Shown here: one piece after another, positions 35,809 to 46,188 of the stretch | Layout of the letters: each line of letters opens with the position of its first letter | Numbering within the stretch: the first letter of the stretch is position 1 | NCBI GenBank assembly: GCA_934446465.1 | Contig: CAKSEF010000002.1 | Coordinates: 2,083 to 66,082 of the forward strand | Source: an uncultured Oscillospiraceae bacterium | GTDB lineage: Bacteria; Bacillota; Clostridia; Oscillospirales; JAAYXM01 | Direction of reading: 5' to 3' | Length of the DNA: 64,000 bases | Program-made: the position numbers and the translations under genes | Notes under the pieces: model-generated | Seen by the model: the letters and a program-made list of their open reading frames with translations, nothing else | Database searches by the model: none | Told to the model about the DNA's origin: nothing

Positions 35809-37119
35809 ATGAGAAAAAATGCGTGTTTGCTTATGCTCATAATTATGGTATTCGCGCTTTCGGGGTGCGGCACTTTCTCGGATGATATGCTGAGAGTGCC
35901 TGAGCTTCCGTCCGCACAGACGGCCTTGTTCGATGCCGCAGGGCATATAAAGGGCGAGGGATGCGAATACTCGGCACCGCGTGCGGGAATCAACCGCCAG
36001 CCGATACAGCTTATAGACCTTGACGGAGACGGTGAGGAAGAGGGAATCGTCTTTCTGCGCGATGTTGTGGAGACGTATAAAACGTCAATATATATATTAA
36101 AACGCTCAGGCGCGGGATATTCCTTATCCTCACAAATAACAGGAAAAGAAAATGAAATATATACGGTTGCTTATGCCGGACTGTCCGACACGGGATACAG
36201 AATGATTGTCGAGTGGGGCAGCGGCGAGGGTATGCACGATGTCTCCGTTTACGGCTTTGAGGGAGGGCAGATGAAACCCCTGCTGAATACAAGAATTTTG
36301 AAATATTCCGTAGCGGACATCGACGGAGACGGCAGGAATGAGTTCCTCGCAATATCCGAGAAGAACGGCAGGCACATCGCAGGCATGTACACATCAGACG
36401 GAGAGAAGCTCCAAAATGCGGGCGAGACCGCACTTTCTGCGGCAGACGGAAAAATACTCGGAATACGCTCGGGAAAATACTCCGGAGGCAAGACGGGCGT
36501 GTTCATTGAAAGAGAGGATAAAGACGGTGCCGTTACAGATATTATTGACGCGTCAAACGGCACATATTCGGATATCACACCCCAAGGCATAAAAAGAAAC
36601 ACGACCGCACTGTGCGACGACATAAACGGCGACGGCGTGGTCGAATATCCTATGTCTGCGGAGCCGTCGGCAAGCACGGCTTCGGCAAACGGAATGTATT
36701 CATGGCATAATTTTGCGCGCGGTGCATCTGCGGAAGCGTCTTTTTTAAGCTATCATTCATTTGCGGAAAGATGGTATTTGATTTTGCCGTCGTCATGGAA
36801 CGGGGCAGTCAAATGCGAGCGCAGCGTCAGCGGAAGCGGAGAGACAGTCATTCGCTTTTATTCGCGTGAAGCGCTCGGGAATAAAGAGGATGAGGAATTT
36901 CACGCATTGCTGTTTACAGTCTATGTGCTTACGGGAGATTTGCGTGAAGAGTATGCCGCAAAGGACGGCAGGTTCGAAATAGGCCGTCGTGGAGATGCGG
37001 TGTTTGCGGCCGAAATCGGAAGCTCAAGCTACTTGGGAACCGATATAACCGAGAACTCTCTGAAGAATTCGTTCAAGCTGCGCGCGGATACGTGGCTGCA
37101 AGACGTACTTTTTGCATAG
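35809..37119 (+). CDS. Lipoprotein with FG-GAP/VCBS-like Asp-rich repeats
   Basis: The start at 35809 gives MRKNACLLMLIIMVFALSGCG (lipobox LSGC). Repeats include DLDGDGEEEGIVF, DIDGDGRNEFLAI and DINGDGVVEYP. It lies 13 nt upstream of a response regulator gene. Confidence 0.7.
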   Translation: MRKNACLLMLIIMVFALSGCGTFSDDMLRVPELPSAQTALFDAAGHIKGEGCEYSAPRAGINRQPIQLIDLDGDGEEEGIVFLRDVVETYKTSIYILKRSGAGYSLSSQITGKENEIYTVAYAGLSDTGYRMIVEWGSGEGMHDVSVYGFEGGQMKPLLNTRILKYSVADIDGDGRNEFLAISEKNGRHIAGMYTSDGEKLQNAGETALSAADGKILGIRSGKYSGGKTGVFIEREDKDGAVTDIIDASNGTYSDITPQGIKRNTTALCDDINGDGVVEYPMSAEPSASTASANGMYSWHNFARGASAEASFLSYHSFAERWYLILPSSWNGAVKCERSVSGSGETVIRFYSREALGNKEDEEFHALLFTVYVLTGDLREEYAAKDGRFEIGRRGDAVFAAEIGSSSYLGTDITENSLKNSFKLRADTWLQDVLFA

Positions 37120-37132
37120 GAGGTAAGCTTTA

Positions 37133-37825
37133 ATGGGAAAAAAGAAGATTTTGGTGCTTGAAGACGAACCGAGCATCAGAAGCTTTGTGGTTATAAACTT
37201 AAGCCGTGCGGGCTACGAGGTGGCAGAGGCGGAAACGGGCGAGCAGGCGATTGATATACTCGAAAATGACTCGCGCATAGGAGTTGCAATTCTCGATATC
37301 ATGCTCCCGGGTATAGACGGCTTCGAGGTTTGCCGAAGAATACGCGCAGGAGGCTCGAAAATCGGAATAATAATGCTCACGTCAAGAACGCAGGAAGTAG
37401 ACCGCGTTACAGGGCTTATGACAGGTGCAGACGATTACGTTACCAAGCCGTTTTCGCCGACGGAGCTTATAGCGAGAATAGACGCTCTTTACCGCAGGCT
37501 TGACGGAGTTATAGGAGAAGATTCGGCAAGACTTGAGAGCGGACCGTTTGTTCTCAATACACGCACGAGAACACTTGAAAAAAACGGAGTGAGAATACGC
37601 CTTACTCAGGTTGAGTATACAATCATGAGATATTTCATAGAGAACCCCGAACGCGCAATATCGCGCGAGGATATGCTCTCGGCGGTATGGGGCAGCGACT
37701 ACGCGGGCGAGTTGAAAATTGTTGATGTAAACATACGCAGACTGCGCCTGAAAATTGAGGACGACCCCGCCTATCCCTCATTCATACAGACGGTCTGGGG
37801 ATACGGATATAAGTGGAACGCTTAA
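37133..37825 (+). CDS. OmpR/PhoB-family response regulator
   Basis: 230 aa with a receiver domain (LEDEP..., ILDIMLPGIDGF) and a winged-helix C-terminus (...RLRLKIEDDP...IQTVWGYGYKW). Confidence 0.9.
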   Translation: MGKKKILVLEDEPSIRSFVVINLSRAGYEVAEAETGEQAIDILENDSRIGVAILDIMLPGIDGFEVCRRIRAGGSKIGIIMLTSRTQEVDRVTGLMTGADDYVTKPFSPTELIARIDALYRRLDGVIGEDSARLESGPFVLNTRTRTLEKNGVRIRLTQVEYTIMRYFIENPERAISREDMLSAVWGSDYAGELKIVDVNIRRLRLKIEDDPAYPSFIQTVWGYGYKWNA

Positions 37826-39270
37826 AGGAGAAGCTGGAGAACATGCACGGAAAAAACGGCATTAAGCGAAGATTTGTCATTAAAAACTTAATATACATGA
37901 TGCTTGTTATCGGAATTTGTATTGCGGTTTTCTCTGTGAGTGCAATGAACTACTATTACATGAGCATTAAGCAAAGCCTTGAGAGCAGTGCCGAGGTAAG
38001 TGCGGAGTTTTTCGGGCGCGGGCTTTCGTCCGACGCCGAATCATTCTATAACCTCGCAAAAAAGAACTTCGGCGGAAACTCGGCGATTCGTGATGTCGAA
38101 AGCCAGATTCTGTTTTCAAACGGGCGTGTGGTGATATCCTCACGCGGGCTTGTGGCGGGAACAAAGCCCGCAACCCCCGAAATAGACGAGGCAATGGCTC
38201 AGAAGAAGCTCGCAAGCTTCGTGGGCAAAAACCCGCTGACGGGCGAAAGAATCATGAGCGTTTCAGCACCGCTTATCTCCGGCGATGATATGGTTGTCGG
38301 CGTGGTACGCTATGTTACAAGCCTTAAAAATGTAGACAAGCGTATAGTGATACAAACAGCGATAGCACTTCTTATCGGTGCGGTCATGGCACTCTATGTG
38401 TTCTTATCGAACAGATTTTTTGTAAAGTCGATTTTGTCTCCGCTCCAGGAAATCACCGATATAACAAAACAGATAACAAAAGGCAGTTACGGCGTAAAAA
38501 TAGATAAAAAATTCGACGATGAAATAGGAGAGCTTGCAGACTCGATAAATGAGATGTCAGCCGAAATAGCGCGCGTCGAAAAAATCAAAAACGAGTTTAT
38601 ATCGTCAGTTTCGCACGAGCTGCGAACTCCGCTCACGGCAATAATCGGCTGGGGCGAAACGCTTACGGCAGTCGGAATGGAAAATAAAGAAGAGGCAAGC
38701 CGCGGAGTTGAGATAATTCTGAAGGAAACACGCAGGCTGTCGAAAATGGTTGAAGAGCTCCTCGACTTTGCGAGAATGGAGAGCGGGAGGTTTACCCTGT
38801 ATATAGACACCGTAAATCTGAAAGCAGAATTTGAGGAGACTCTGTTTATGTACTCCGATACCTTCAGAAAAGCGGGTATTGAGATGAAGTACGAGCAGGA
38901 CGAGCTCGACGATATTATTATAAACGGAGACCGTGAACGCCTGAAACAGGTATTTTTCAATATACTCGACAATGCCGTAAAACACGGCAAGAGCGGCGGT
39001 AAAATAGATATCCGCGTGTTCAGAGACGGAAAAACGGCAAAGATTGAAATCCGCGACTACGGAGAGGGCATATCCCCGGAGGAACTCCCGTACGTCAAAA
39101 TGAAGTTTTATAAGGGAACGTCAAAAGCTCAGGGAAGCGGAATAGGTCTTGCGGTCAGCGACGAAATAGTAAATCTTCACGGCGGTGAGCTTGAAATATC
39201 AAGCACGGTCGGAGACGGAACGTGTGTTACAATCTCGCTCCCGATTAAAGAGACCGAACAGGAAGAATAG
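37813..39270 (+). CDS. Sensor histidine kinase (two TM helices, extracytoplasmic domain, HAMP, HisKA, HATPase; no cytoplasmic PAS seen)
   Basis: The H-box is SHELRTPLT, the N-box is LDNAVKHG and the G-box is GSGIGLAV. The GTG start at 37813 overlaps the RR stop; the ATG at 37843 is an alternative start. Confidence 0.9.
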   Translation: MERLKEKLENMHGKNGIKRRFVIKNLIYMMLVIGICIAVFSVSAMNYYYMSIKQSLESSAEVSAEFFGRGLSSDAESFYNLAKKNFGGNSAIRDVESQILFSNGRVVISSRGLVAGTKPATPEIDEAMAQKKLASFVGKNPLTGERIMSVSAPLISGDDMVVGVVRYVTSLKNVDKRIVIQTAIALLIGAVMALYVFLSNRFFVKSILSPLQEITDITKQITKGSYGVKIDKKFDDEIGELADSINEMSAEIARVEKIKNEFISSVSHELRTPLTAIIGWGETLTAVGMENKEEASRGVEIILKETRRLSKMVEELLDFARMESGRFTLYIDTVNLKAEFEETLFMYSDTFRKAGIEMKYEQDELDDIIINGDRERLKQVFFNILDNAVKHGKSGGKIDIRVFRDGKTAKIEIRDYGEGISPEELPYVKMKFYKGTSKAQGSGIGLAVSDEIVNLHGGELEISSTVGDGTCVTISLPIKETEQEE

Positions 39271-39285
39271 AAGAAAGGCAAGGAA

Positions 39286-40221
39286 ATGAACAAGAAAAAG
39301 AAAACGTCAATCGGCGGGCAGGCTCTCATAGAGGGCATAATGATGCTCGGGCCGAACAAAAGCGCCGTGGCGGTGCGCCGTGCCGACGGCACGATAGAAC
39401 TGAAAACGGAAAACATTAAGCTTCTGCGCGAAAGAAACAAGTTTTGCGCGCTTCCGTTCATACGCGGAATTGTAGGACTTTACGAATCAATGAAACGGGG
39501 AATCAAAGCGCTGAATTACACATCGTCTGTGGCTATACAGGATACGGACGAAGAACCCGATAAGTTTGAAAAATGGCTTTCCGAAAAGTTCGGAAATGAT
39601 GCGGTGGAAAAAGCAGTAATGGGAATTGCGACCGTTTTCGGAGTGGCAATACCGATTGTCCTCTTTATATTTCTTCCCACTCTCCTCGCCGGCTTTCTCG
39701 ACAGCTATATAGGCTCGGGGATATGGAGAAACCTCACCGAAGGTGCGCTTCGCGTCATTGTTTTTCTGCTGTTTATGTTCTCAATCTCGCGGATGAAAGA
39801 TATGAAGCGCGTATTCTCGTACCACGGCGCGGAGCATAAGTCGATATTCTGCTACGAAGCAGGTGAGGAGCTTACGGTAGAGAACGTGAGAAGATTTCCC
39901 AAGGAGCATCCGCGGTGCGGGACGAGCTTCCTGTTTTCGGTAATGATAATAAGCGTTCTCGTGTTCTCGGTTGTGAGATGGTCGAATCCGTTCGTAAGAA
40001 TGGCACTGCGCCTTGTGCTTCTGCCTGTCGTCGTCGGAATAAGCTATGAAGTAAACCGACTTGTCGGAAGGTACGACAACCCTGTTACACGGTTTTTGCG
40101 GGCACCCGGGCTTTGGTTTCAGACATTTACCACGTTTGAGCCGGACGACAGCATGATAGAAGTGGGAATCGCCGCGCTCTCCGCGGTAATTCCCGAGAAT
40201 GAAAATGACGATAATTGGTAA
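39286..40221 (+). CDS. DUF1385 (YqhQ-like) membrane protein
   Basis: 311 aa with IGGQALIEGIMM and YHGAEHK motifs and the conserved position upstream of prmC. Confidence 0.8.
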   Translation: MNKKKKTSIGGQALIEGIMMLGPNKSAVAVRRADGTIELKTENIKLLRERNKFCALPFIRGIVGLYESMKRGIKALNYTSSVAIQDTDEEPDKFEKWLSEKFGNDAVEKAVMGIATVFGVAIPIVLFIFLPTLLAGFLDSYIGSGIWRNLTEGALRVIVFLLFMFSISRMKDMKRVFSYHGAEHKSIFCYEAGEELTVENVRRFPKEHPRCGTSFLFSVMIISVLVFSVVRWSNPFVRMALRLVLLPVVVGISYEVNRLVGRYDNPVTRFLRAPGLWFQTFTTFEPDDSMIEVGIAALSAVIPENENDDNW

Positions 40222-40239
40222 GTTTGGGGTGCGGAAAGC

Positions 40240-41100
40240 TTGTTCACTACCTATAACGACGTTTACCTGGACATACGGCGGAAGCTGATATCCGCAGGCG
40301 TCTCCATGGCGGAGCTTGAGGCCTCGGAGATTATAAGATATGTAACGGGAAAGACAAAGGAAGAATTTGTACGCGATAAATATCTCCATGCGCCGAATGA
40401 TATAACCGCCTCGGCCGCAAGGATGGCGCAGCGGCGTCTCTCGGGCGAACCGCTTGCGTATATACTCGGAGAATGGGAGTTTTACGGAATAACGCTCAAG
40501 GTTACGCCCGATGTGCTTATCCCGCGCTCGGACACCGAAGCGCTCGTCGATTGCGGACTTCGTCGCGTACACGGCGAATTTCGCTTTCTCGACCTCGGCT
40601 GCGGGAGCGGGTGTGTCGGTATTGCCCTCGCTTCCATGCGCAACGGCGCGCACGGGGTTCTTGCCGATATATCGGACGGCGCACTTGCCGTTGCAAAAGA
40701 GAATGTTATCTCAACCCGTCTCGGCGGACGTATATCCTGTGTTCATGCGGATATGATGTCCGCTCCGCCAAAACAGCTCGGAAAGTTTGACCTCATAGTT
40801 TCAAACCCTCCGTATATAACAGAAAAGGAAATGACGGAGATAGATTCGTCCGTCCGCGATTTTGAGCCGTTCTCGGCTCTTTGCGGCGGCGCCGACGGGC
40901 TTGACTTTTATCGGGCAATCGCCAATAATTGGATGGACGCGCTGAATGACGGCGGAGTCCTTGCGCTTGAATGCGGAATATCGCAGAGCGCGGAAATTGA
41001 AAAAATACTATCGTCATCAGGCGGAAAAAATGTGCAGACAACGCGTGATACGGCGGGTACAAACAGAGTCGTGTCGTGCATTAAAGAAGAAATAAATTAA
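40240..41100 (+). CDS. prmC: Release factor glutamine N5-methyltransferase
   Basis: 286 aa with a TTG start, the SAM motif LDLGCGSGC and the catalytic NPPY (IVSNPPYI). Confidence 0.9.
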   Translation: MFTTYNDVYLDIRRKLISAGVSMAELEASEIIRYVTGKTKEEFVRDKYLHAPNDITASAARMAQRRLSGEPLAYILGEWEFYGITLKVTPDVLIPRSDTEALVDCGLRRVHGEFRFLDLGCGSGCVGIALASMRNGAHGVLADISDGALAVAKENVISTRLGGRISCVHADMMSAPPKQLGKFDLIVSNPPYITEKEMTEIDSSVRDFEPFSALCGGADGLDFYRAIANNWMDALNDGGVLALECGISQSAEIEKILSSSGGKNVQTTRDTAGTNRVVSCIKEEIN

Positions 41101-41117
41101 CAGGAGTGTATAAAGAT

Positions 41118-42197
41118 ATGGAAAAGAAAAACTCAGATACTCAAAAGGCACTTGAAACTGCAATTTCCCAAATAGAGAAGCAGTTCGGAAAAGGGTCGGT
41201 AATGCGTCTCGGCGAAAAACGCGAGATGAACGTTTCGTGTATATCGACAGGCTCGCTCACGCTCGACCTTGCGCTCGGTATAGGCGGCGTCCCGCGCGGA
41301 AGAATAATCGAAATTTACGGGCCCGAATCATCAGGTAAAACCACACTTGCGCTCCACGTAATCGCCGAAGCGCAGAAGAAGGGCGGAGAAGCGGCTTTCA
41401 TCGATGTTGAACACGCACTCGACCCCGTGTATGCAAGGGCGCTCGGCGTAGACATCGACAGCCTCCTGGTCTCGCAGCCGGACACAGGCGAGCAGGCGCT
41501 TGAAATCGCCGAGGCTTTGGTGAGAAGCAATGCAATAGATGTTCTCGTTGTGGACTCCGTTGCCGCACTCGTTCCGAGAGCGGAAATAGAGGGCGAAATG
41601 GGCGACGCGTTTGTCGGACTTCAGGCGAGGCTTATGTCGCAGGCAATGCGCAAGCTTGCAGGCGCAATTTCAAAGGGAAACTGCGTTGCGATATTTATAA
41701 ATCAGCTCCGAGAAAAAGTCGGGGTCGTTTACGGAAACCCCGAAGTTACCGCGGGCGGCCGCGCACTCAAGTTCTACTCGAGTGTCAGAATCGACGTAAG
41801 ACGCATTGAGGGACTGAAAAACGGCTCCGAGTTCATCGGAAACCGCACACGCGCAAAGGTTGTAAAAAATAAGGTCGCACCTCCGTTCCGTGAGGCAGAA
41901 TTTGATATTATGTACGGGAAAGGCATATCAAAGGTGGGAGAAATCCTCGACCTTGCAGTTAAACTCGATATAATCCAAAAGTCCGGCTCATGGTTCAATA
42001 TGGGCGAGACACGCCTCGGTCAGGGACGCGACAATGCGAAGCAGTACCTTTCCGATAACCCTGAGCTCTGCGATAAAATTGAAGCGCAAATCCGCGAGAA
42101 TTATGAAAACATAGCACAGCCGGCTTCGGCACAGCCATCGTCGGCAGTTGCGGCAAAGCGCGGAGTTAAAGTTGACGCCGACGAATTTGAAGGATAA
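41118..42197 (+). CDS. recA: Recombinase RecA
   Basis: GSVMRLGE and [17 protein letters not shown] (Walker A). The ATG at 41118 is preferred over the GTG at 41106. Confidence 0.95.
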   Translation: MEKKNSDTQKALETAISQIEKQFGKGSVMRLGEKREMNVSCISTGSLTLDLALGIGGVPRGRIIEIYGPESSGKTTLALHVIAEAQKKGGEAAFIDVEHALDPVYARALGVDIDSLLVSQPDTGEQALEIAEALVRSNAIDVLVVDSVAALVPRAEIEGEMGDAFVGLQARLMSQAMRKLAGAISKGNCVAIFINQLREKVGVVYGNPEVTAGGRALKFYSSVRIDVRRIEGLKNGSEFIGNRTRAKVVKNKVAPPFREAEFDIMYGKGISKVGEILDLAVKLDIIQKSGSWFNMGETRLGQGRDNAKQYLSDNPELCDKIEAQIRENYENIAQPASAQPSSAVAAKRGVKVDADEFEG

Positions 42198-42814
42198 TGA
42201 GAATCCAAAGAATCAGTGTCGGCAAGCGCGATAAGAACAAGCTCATTCTGCATTTTGAGGACGGAACATCAATCCCGGCTTCGGCGGATGATGCGTATAT
42301 GCTGAAAGCGGGAAGTGATATTTCCGAAGAAGAGGTATCGGCACTGCATAAAAAGTATACGGACAGACGCGCGAGAGCGAGCGCGGCGCGCACGCTTTCG
42401 CACCACTCTGTTTCAAGAGCACAGCTTTCCGATAAGCTGAAGGAAAGAGGATACTCCGAAAAAGACGCAGAGGAAACGGCGGATTGGTTCGTTGAAAAAG
42501 GACTTGTCGATGATGAACGTTACGCCGTAATGTGTGCGGAGTACTATAAAAAGCGCGGATACGGGATTCTCAAAATACGGGAGGAACTCCGCCGACGCGG
42601 TATTTCTAAGGAATTGTCGGAAGAAACTGTCGCTCGTCTCGGCGGATTTACCGATGAGATTGTTCCGCTTATAAAAAAGAAACTGAAATCATACTCGCCC
42701 GACCACGCGGAAAAGCAGAAGATAACATCGTATCTTCTGCGGCGCGGATATAAATATGACGAGATACGCTCTGCATTTTCGGAGCTTGAATTTGATACGG
42801 AGGATATGTTTTAA
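42197..42814 (+). CDS. recX: RecA regulator RecX
   Basis: 205 aa immediately after recA, with a three-repeat helical pattern (SRAQLSDKLKERGYSEKDAEETADWFVEKGLVDDERYA). Confidence 0.85.
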   Translation: MRIQRISVGKRDKNKLILHFEDGTSIPASADDAYMLKAGSDISEEEVSALHKKYTDRRARASAARTLSHHSVSRAQLSDKLKERGYSEKDAEETADWFVEKGLVDDERYAVMCAEYYKKRGYGILKIREELRRRGISKELSEETVARLGGFTDEIVPLIKKKLKSYSPDHAEKQKITSYLLRRGYKYDEIRSAFSELEFDTEDMF

Positions 42815-44139
42815 TGGCAAGGAAGATAGGCGTTGTTTCGCTCGGATGCTCAAAGAATCAGGTGGACTGCGAGCATATGCTGTCGCTTCTTGACGAAGCG
42901 GGGTATGAGCTCACGCTGGAGCTTAATGACGTTGACGCAGTTTTGATTAACACCTGCGGCTTTCTCTCAAGCGCGAGAGAGGAAGCTCACGAATACATAA
43001 AAGAGGCAATAACTCTGAAAAATGAGGGAAGCATAAAGAAAATTGTGGTAACGGGATGTCTTGCGGAACGCGACCGCGAAAAGCTTACGGACGAATTTCC
43101 CGAGATTGACGCACTTGTCGGATGCGGAAGCTATATGGACATTGTATCCGTATTGGAAGGTGTTTTTGAGGATGAAAAGCAGGCATTTTTTGCCAAAGCG
43201 GACACGGCACCGCTCGAATGCGGAAGAATATTGACCACACCCCAATACACGGCGTTTATCAAAATAGCCGAGGGCTGTGACAACAGATGTTCATATTGTG
43301 TTATTCCGTCCCTTCGCGGAAGGTTCAGAAGCCGTGATGAATCGGAAATTGTTAAGGAAGCGGAGGCACTGGCACAAACGGGCGTGCAGGAGCTCATAGT
43401 GATTGCTCAGGATATAAGCCGATACGGAATGGACCGCGGCGAAAAGGGCGCACTCTCGCGTCTTATCCGCAAGCTTTGCGGGATTGACGGAATCAAGTGG
43501 ATACGTCTGCATTACCTCTATCCCGATAAAATGGACGACGAGCTTATAGACACAATAGCAAGTGAGGACAAGGTAGTAAAGTATCTTGATATACCTATAC
43601 AGCATATAAATAACAGAATACTCAAGGCAATGAACAGGCACGGCACGCGCGAGGAGATAGAAACGCTGTTTAAGAAACTGCGCGAAAAAATCCCCGGTGT
43701 CGTAATACGCACAAGTCTGATAGTAGGCTTCCCGTCGGAAACGGATGAGGAATTTGAAGAACTGTGTGATTTCCTGAAGGAGTATAAAATTGAGCGCGCG
43801 GGTGTTTTCCCTTATTACCGCGAGGAGGGTACGCGTGCATATGATATGGACGGACAGGTTGACGAGCAGACAAAGATAAGGCGCGCGGAGCTTGTGGAGA
43901 TTTTGCAGTCGCGTGTTATGGACGAATACAACAGCCGTCTTATGGGAAAAACGATTGAAGTCCTGTGCGAGGGATTTGACCGCATAGGTGAAAATTACTT
44001 CGGAAGAAGCTTTGCAGATTCGCCGGAGGTTGACGGTAAGGTATTCTTTACCGGCAGAAAAGGCATTAAACCGGGTGAGTTTGTAAATGTTAAAATTATA
44101 GAAGAACTTGACGGAGATCTTGTCGGAAAGGCAGAATAA
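42814..44139 (+). CDS. rimO: Ribosomal protein S12 methylthiotransferase RimO
   Basis: 441 aa with the N-terminal VSLGCSKNQVDCE, the radical-SAM motif CDNRCSYC and a C-terminal TRAM domain. It occupies the usual position before pgsA. Confidence 0.85.
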   Translation: MARKIGVVSLGCSKNQVDCEHMLSLLDEAGYELTLELNDVDAVLINTCGFLSSAREEAHEYIKEAITLKNEGSIKKIVVTGCLAERDREKLTDEFPEIDALVGCGSYMDIVSVLEGVFEDEKQAFFAKADTAPLECGRILTTPQYTAFIKIAEGCDNRCSYCVIPSLRGRFRSRDESEIVKEAEALAQTGVQELIVIAQDISRYGMDRGEKGALSRLIRKLCGIDGIKWIRLHYLYPDKMDDELIDTIASEDKVVKYLDIPIQHINNRILKAMNRHGTREEIETLFKKLREKIPGVVIRTSLIVGFPSETDEEFEELCDFLKEYKIERAGVFPYYREEGTRAYDMDGQVDEQTKIRRAELVEILQSRVMDEYNSRLMGKTIEVLCEGFDRIGENYFGRSFADSPEVDGKVFFTGRKGIKPGEFVNVKIIEELDGDLVGKAE

Positions 44140-44150
44140 GGAGGCGCTGT

Positions 44151-44726
44151 ATGACAACGGCGAATATTATATCGATAATAAGGGTGCTTCTGATTCCGGT
44201 GTTTGTTGCGTGTGCGCTTATTGATTCGGATTTTACAAACAGTATGTGGGCAGCAATTATTGTCTTTACGGTCGCGAGCTGCACCGATTGGATAGACGGC
44301 TATATTGCGCGTAAATATAATCAGGTAACTACATTCGGAAAGTTTTTGGACCCGCTTGCGGATAAACTTCTCGTTATATCCGCCGCTCTCGTTCTCTGTG
44401 AAAAAGGGATAGTAGGAAGCGTGCCTGTTTTGATTATAATTGCGCGGGAGCTTCTTGTTACATCGCTGAGGACGGTCGCAATGGGCAAAGGAATAGTGAT
44501 TGCGGCTCAGAAGTCCGGAAAGGCAAAGACATTTATCCAGCTCATGGGACTTATCTTTTTAATGACGCCGTTCCGCAGTATAACCGTTTTCTCAAATATA
44601 ACCGCGGGAAGGATTGCAATTTGGCTCATGGTGATAATAACAGTAATCTCTGGCATTGAATATTTCAAGAGCTTCGGCGGTGTTCTTAAGATGTCTGCCG
44701 ACGGCAAAGACACGGAGGAAAAGTAG
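44151..44726 (+). CDS. pgsA: CDP-diacylglycerol--glycerol-3-phosphate 3-phosphatidyltransferase
   Basis: 191 aa with the CDP-alcohol phosphatidyltransferase motif DWIDGYIARKYNQVTTFGKFLDPLADK. Confidence 0.9.
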   Translation: MTTANIISIIRVLLIPVFVACALIDSDFTNSMWAAIIVFTVASCTDWIDGYIARKYNQVTTFGKFLDPLADKLLVISAALVLCEKGIVGSVPVLIIIARELLVTSLRTVAMGKGIVIAAQKSGKAKTFIQLMGLIFLMTPFRSITVFSNITAGRIAIWLMVIITVISGIEYFKSFGGVLKMSADGKDTEEK

Positions 44727-44727
44727 G

Positions 44728-46125
44728 ATGAAAGTTTATAACTCGCTCACAAGAAGAAAAGAAGAATTTAAGCCGATGGACGCAAACTCTGTTAAGATGT
44801 ATTCATGCGGGCCTACGGTCTATAACTATTTCCACATAGGAAACGCGCGTCCTTTTATAGTTTTTGACGTGCTCCGCAGATACCTCGAATACCGCGGGTA
44901 TAAGGTCAAATTTGTTCAGAATTTCACCGATATCGACGACAAGGTAATAAACCGCGCAAACGAAGAAGGCGTAACATATAAAGATATCGCCGAAAAATAT
45001 ATAGCCGAATATTTTAAAGACGCAAAGGGACTCGGAATACACGAGGCAACCGTTCATCCCCGCGCAACCGAGAATATCGACGCGATAATCGATATGGTAA
45101 AGACGCTTGTTGATAAAGGCTACGCCTATGAAGTGGACGGAGATGTTTATTACCGCGCCCTGAAATTTAAAGGCTACGGCAAGCTTTCAAAACAGCCGAT
45201 TGACGACCTCGTCGCAGGCGCAAGAATCAGCGTCGGAGAAAAGAAGGAGGACGCCGTGGACTTCGCGCTCTGGAAGGCCGCGAAGCCGGGCGAGCCTTCG
45301 TGGGATTCACCGTGGGGAAAAGGGCGCCCGGGCTGGCACATCGAGTGCAGTGCAATGGCAAACCGCTACCTCGGAAAGACGATTGATATACACAGCGGCG
45401 GTGTTGACCTCATGTTCCCGCACCACGAGAATGAGATAGCCCAGAGCGAGGCCGCAAACGGTTGCACGTTCGCAAACTACTGGCTTCATAACGCATTTTT
45501 GAATATCGATAATAAGAAAATGTCAAAATCCCTCGGCAACTTCTTCACCGTGCGCGATGCGGCAAAAGTTTACGGATATGACGCAATCCGTTTCTTCATG
45601 CTCTCGGCACATTACAGAAGCCCGATTAACTATTCGCAGGAATCCCTCATGCAGAGCAAAGCCGCGCTTGAGAGACTCCATAATGCTGACGGAAATATGG
45701 AATTTCTGTCCAAAAACGGCTCGGATGAACCGCTTTCGGACAAACAGAAGGAAATACTTGCAGGCTTTGACAAGTACCGCGAAAAGTTCATAACGGCAAT
45801 GGATGACGACCTCAACACGGCCGATGCAATAGCCGCAATATTTGAGCTTGTGCGCGATGTGAATACCTCGCTTGCGGATAACAAAACGCGCGCATTCGCG
45901 TCCGCGTGTCGTGAGCGCGTTCATGAGCTTTGCGATGTCCTCGGTGTTCTCGATAAAAAAGAGGATGAAACACTTGACACCGATATTGAGGAAATGATAG
46001 CAAAGAGGCAGACGGCGAGAAAAGAGAAAAATTTTGCGGAGGCAGACAGAATACGCGATGAACTCGGCAAAATGGGAATAATACTTGAGGACACACCCGA
46101 AGGCGTAAAGTGGCATAAAGCTTAA
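44728..46125 (+). CDS. cysS: Cysteine--tRNA ligase
   Basis: The start is MKVYNSLTRRKEEF at 44728. The HIGNARP (HIGH) and KMSKS motifs are present. Confidence 0.95.
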   Translation: MKVYNSLTRRKEEFKPMDANSVKMYSCGPTVYNYFHIGNARPFIVFDVLRRYLEYRGYKVKFVQNFTDIDDKVINRANEEGVTYKDIAEKYIAEYFKDAKGLGIHEATVHPRATENIDAIIDMVKTLVDKGYAYEVDGDVYYRALKFKGYGKLSKQPIDDLVAGARISVGEKKEDAVDFALWKAAKPGEPSWDSPWGKGRPGWHIECSAMANRYLGKTIDIHSGGVDLMFPHHENEIAQSEAANGCTFANYWLHNAFLNIDNKKMSKSLGNFFTVRDAAKVYGYDAIRFFMLSAHYRSPINYSQESLMQSKAALERLHNADGNMEFLSKNGSDEPLSDKQKEILAGFDKYREKFITAMDDDLNTADAIAAIFELVRDVNTSLADNKTRAFASACRERVHELCDVLGVLDKKEDETLDTDIEEMIAKRQTARKEKNFAEADRIRDELGKMGIILEDTPEGVKWHKA

Positions 46126-46132
46126 CATAACA

Positions 46133-46168
46133 TGGCGGAGACTATATCTCCGCCACTTTCCTATTTTT
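46133..46168 (+). terminator. cysS intrinsic terminator
   Basis: The 9-bp stem TGGCGGAGA / TCTCCGCCA is followed by CTTTCCTATTTTT. Confidence 0.65.
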
Positions 46169-46188
46169 AAAGACAGGCGGAAGAACAA

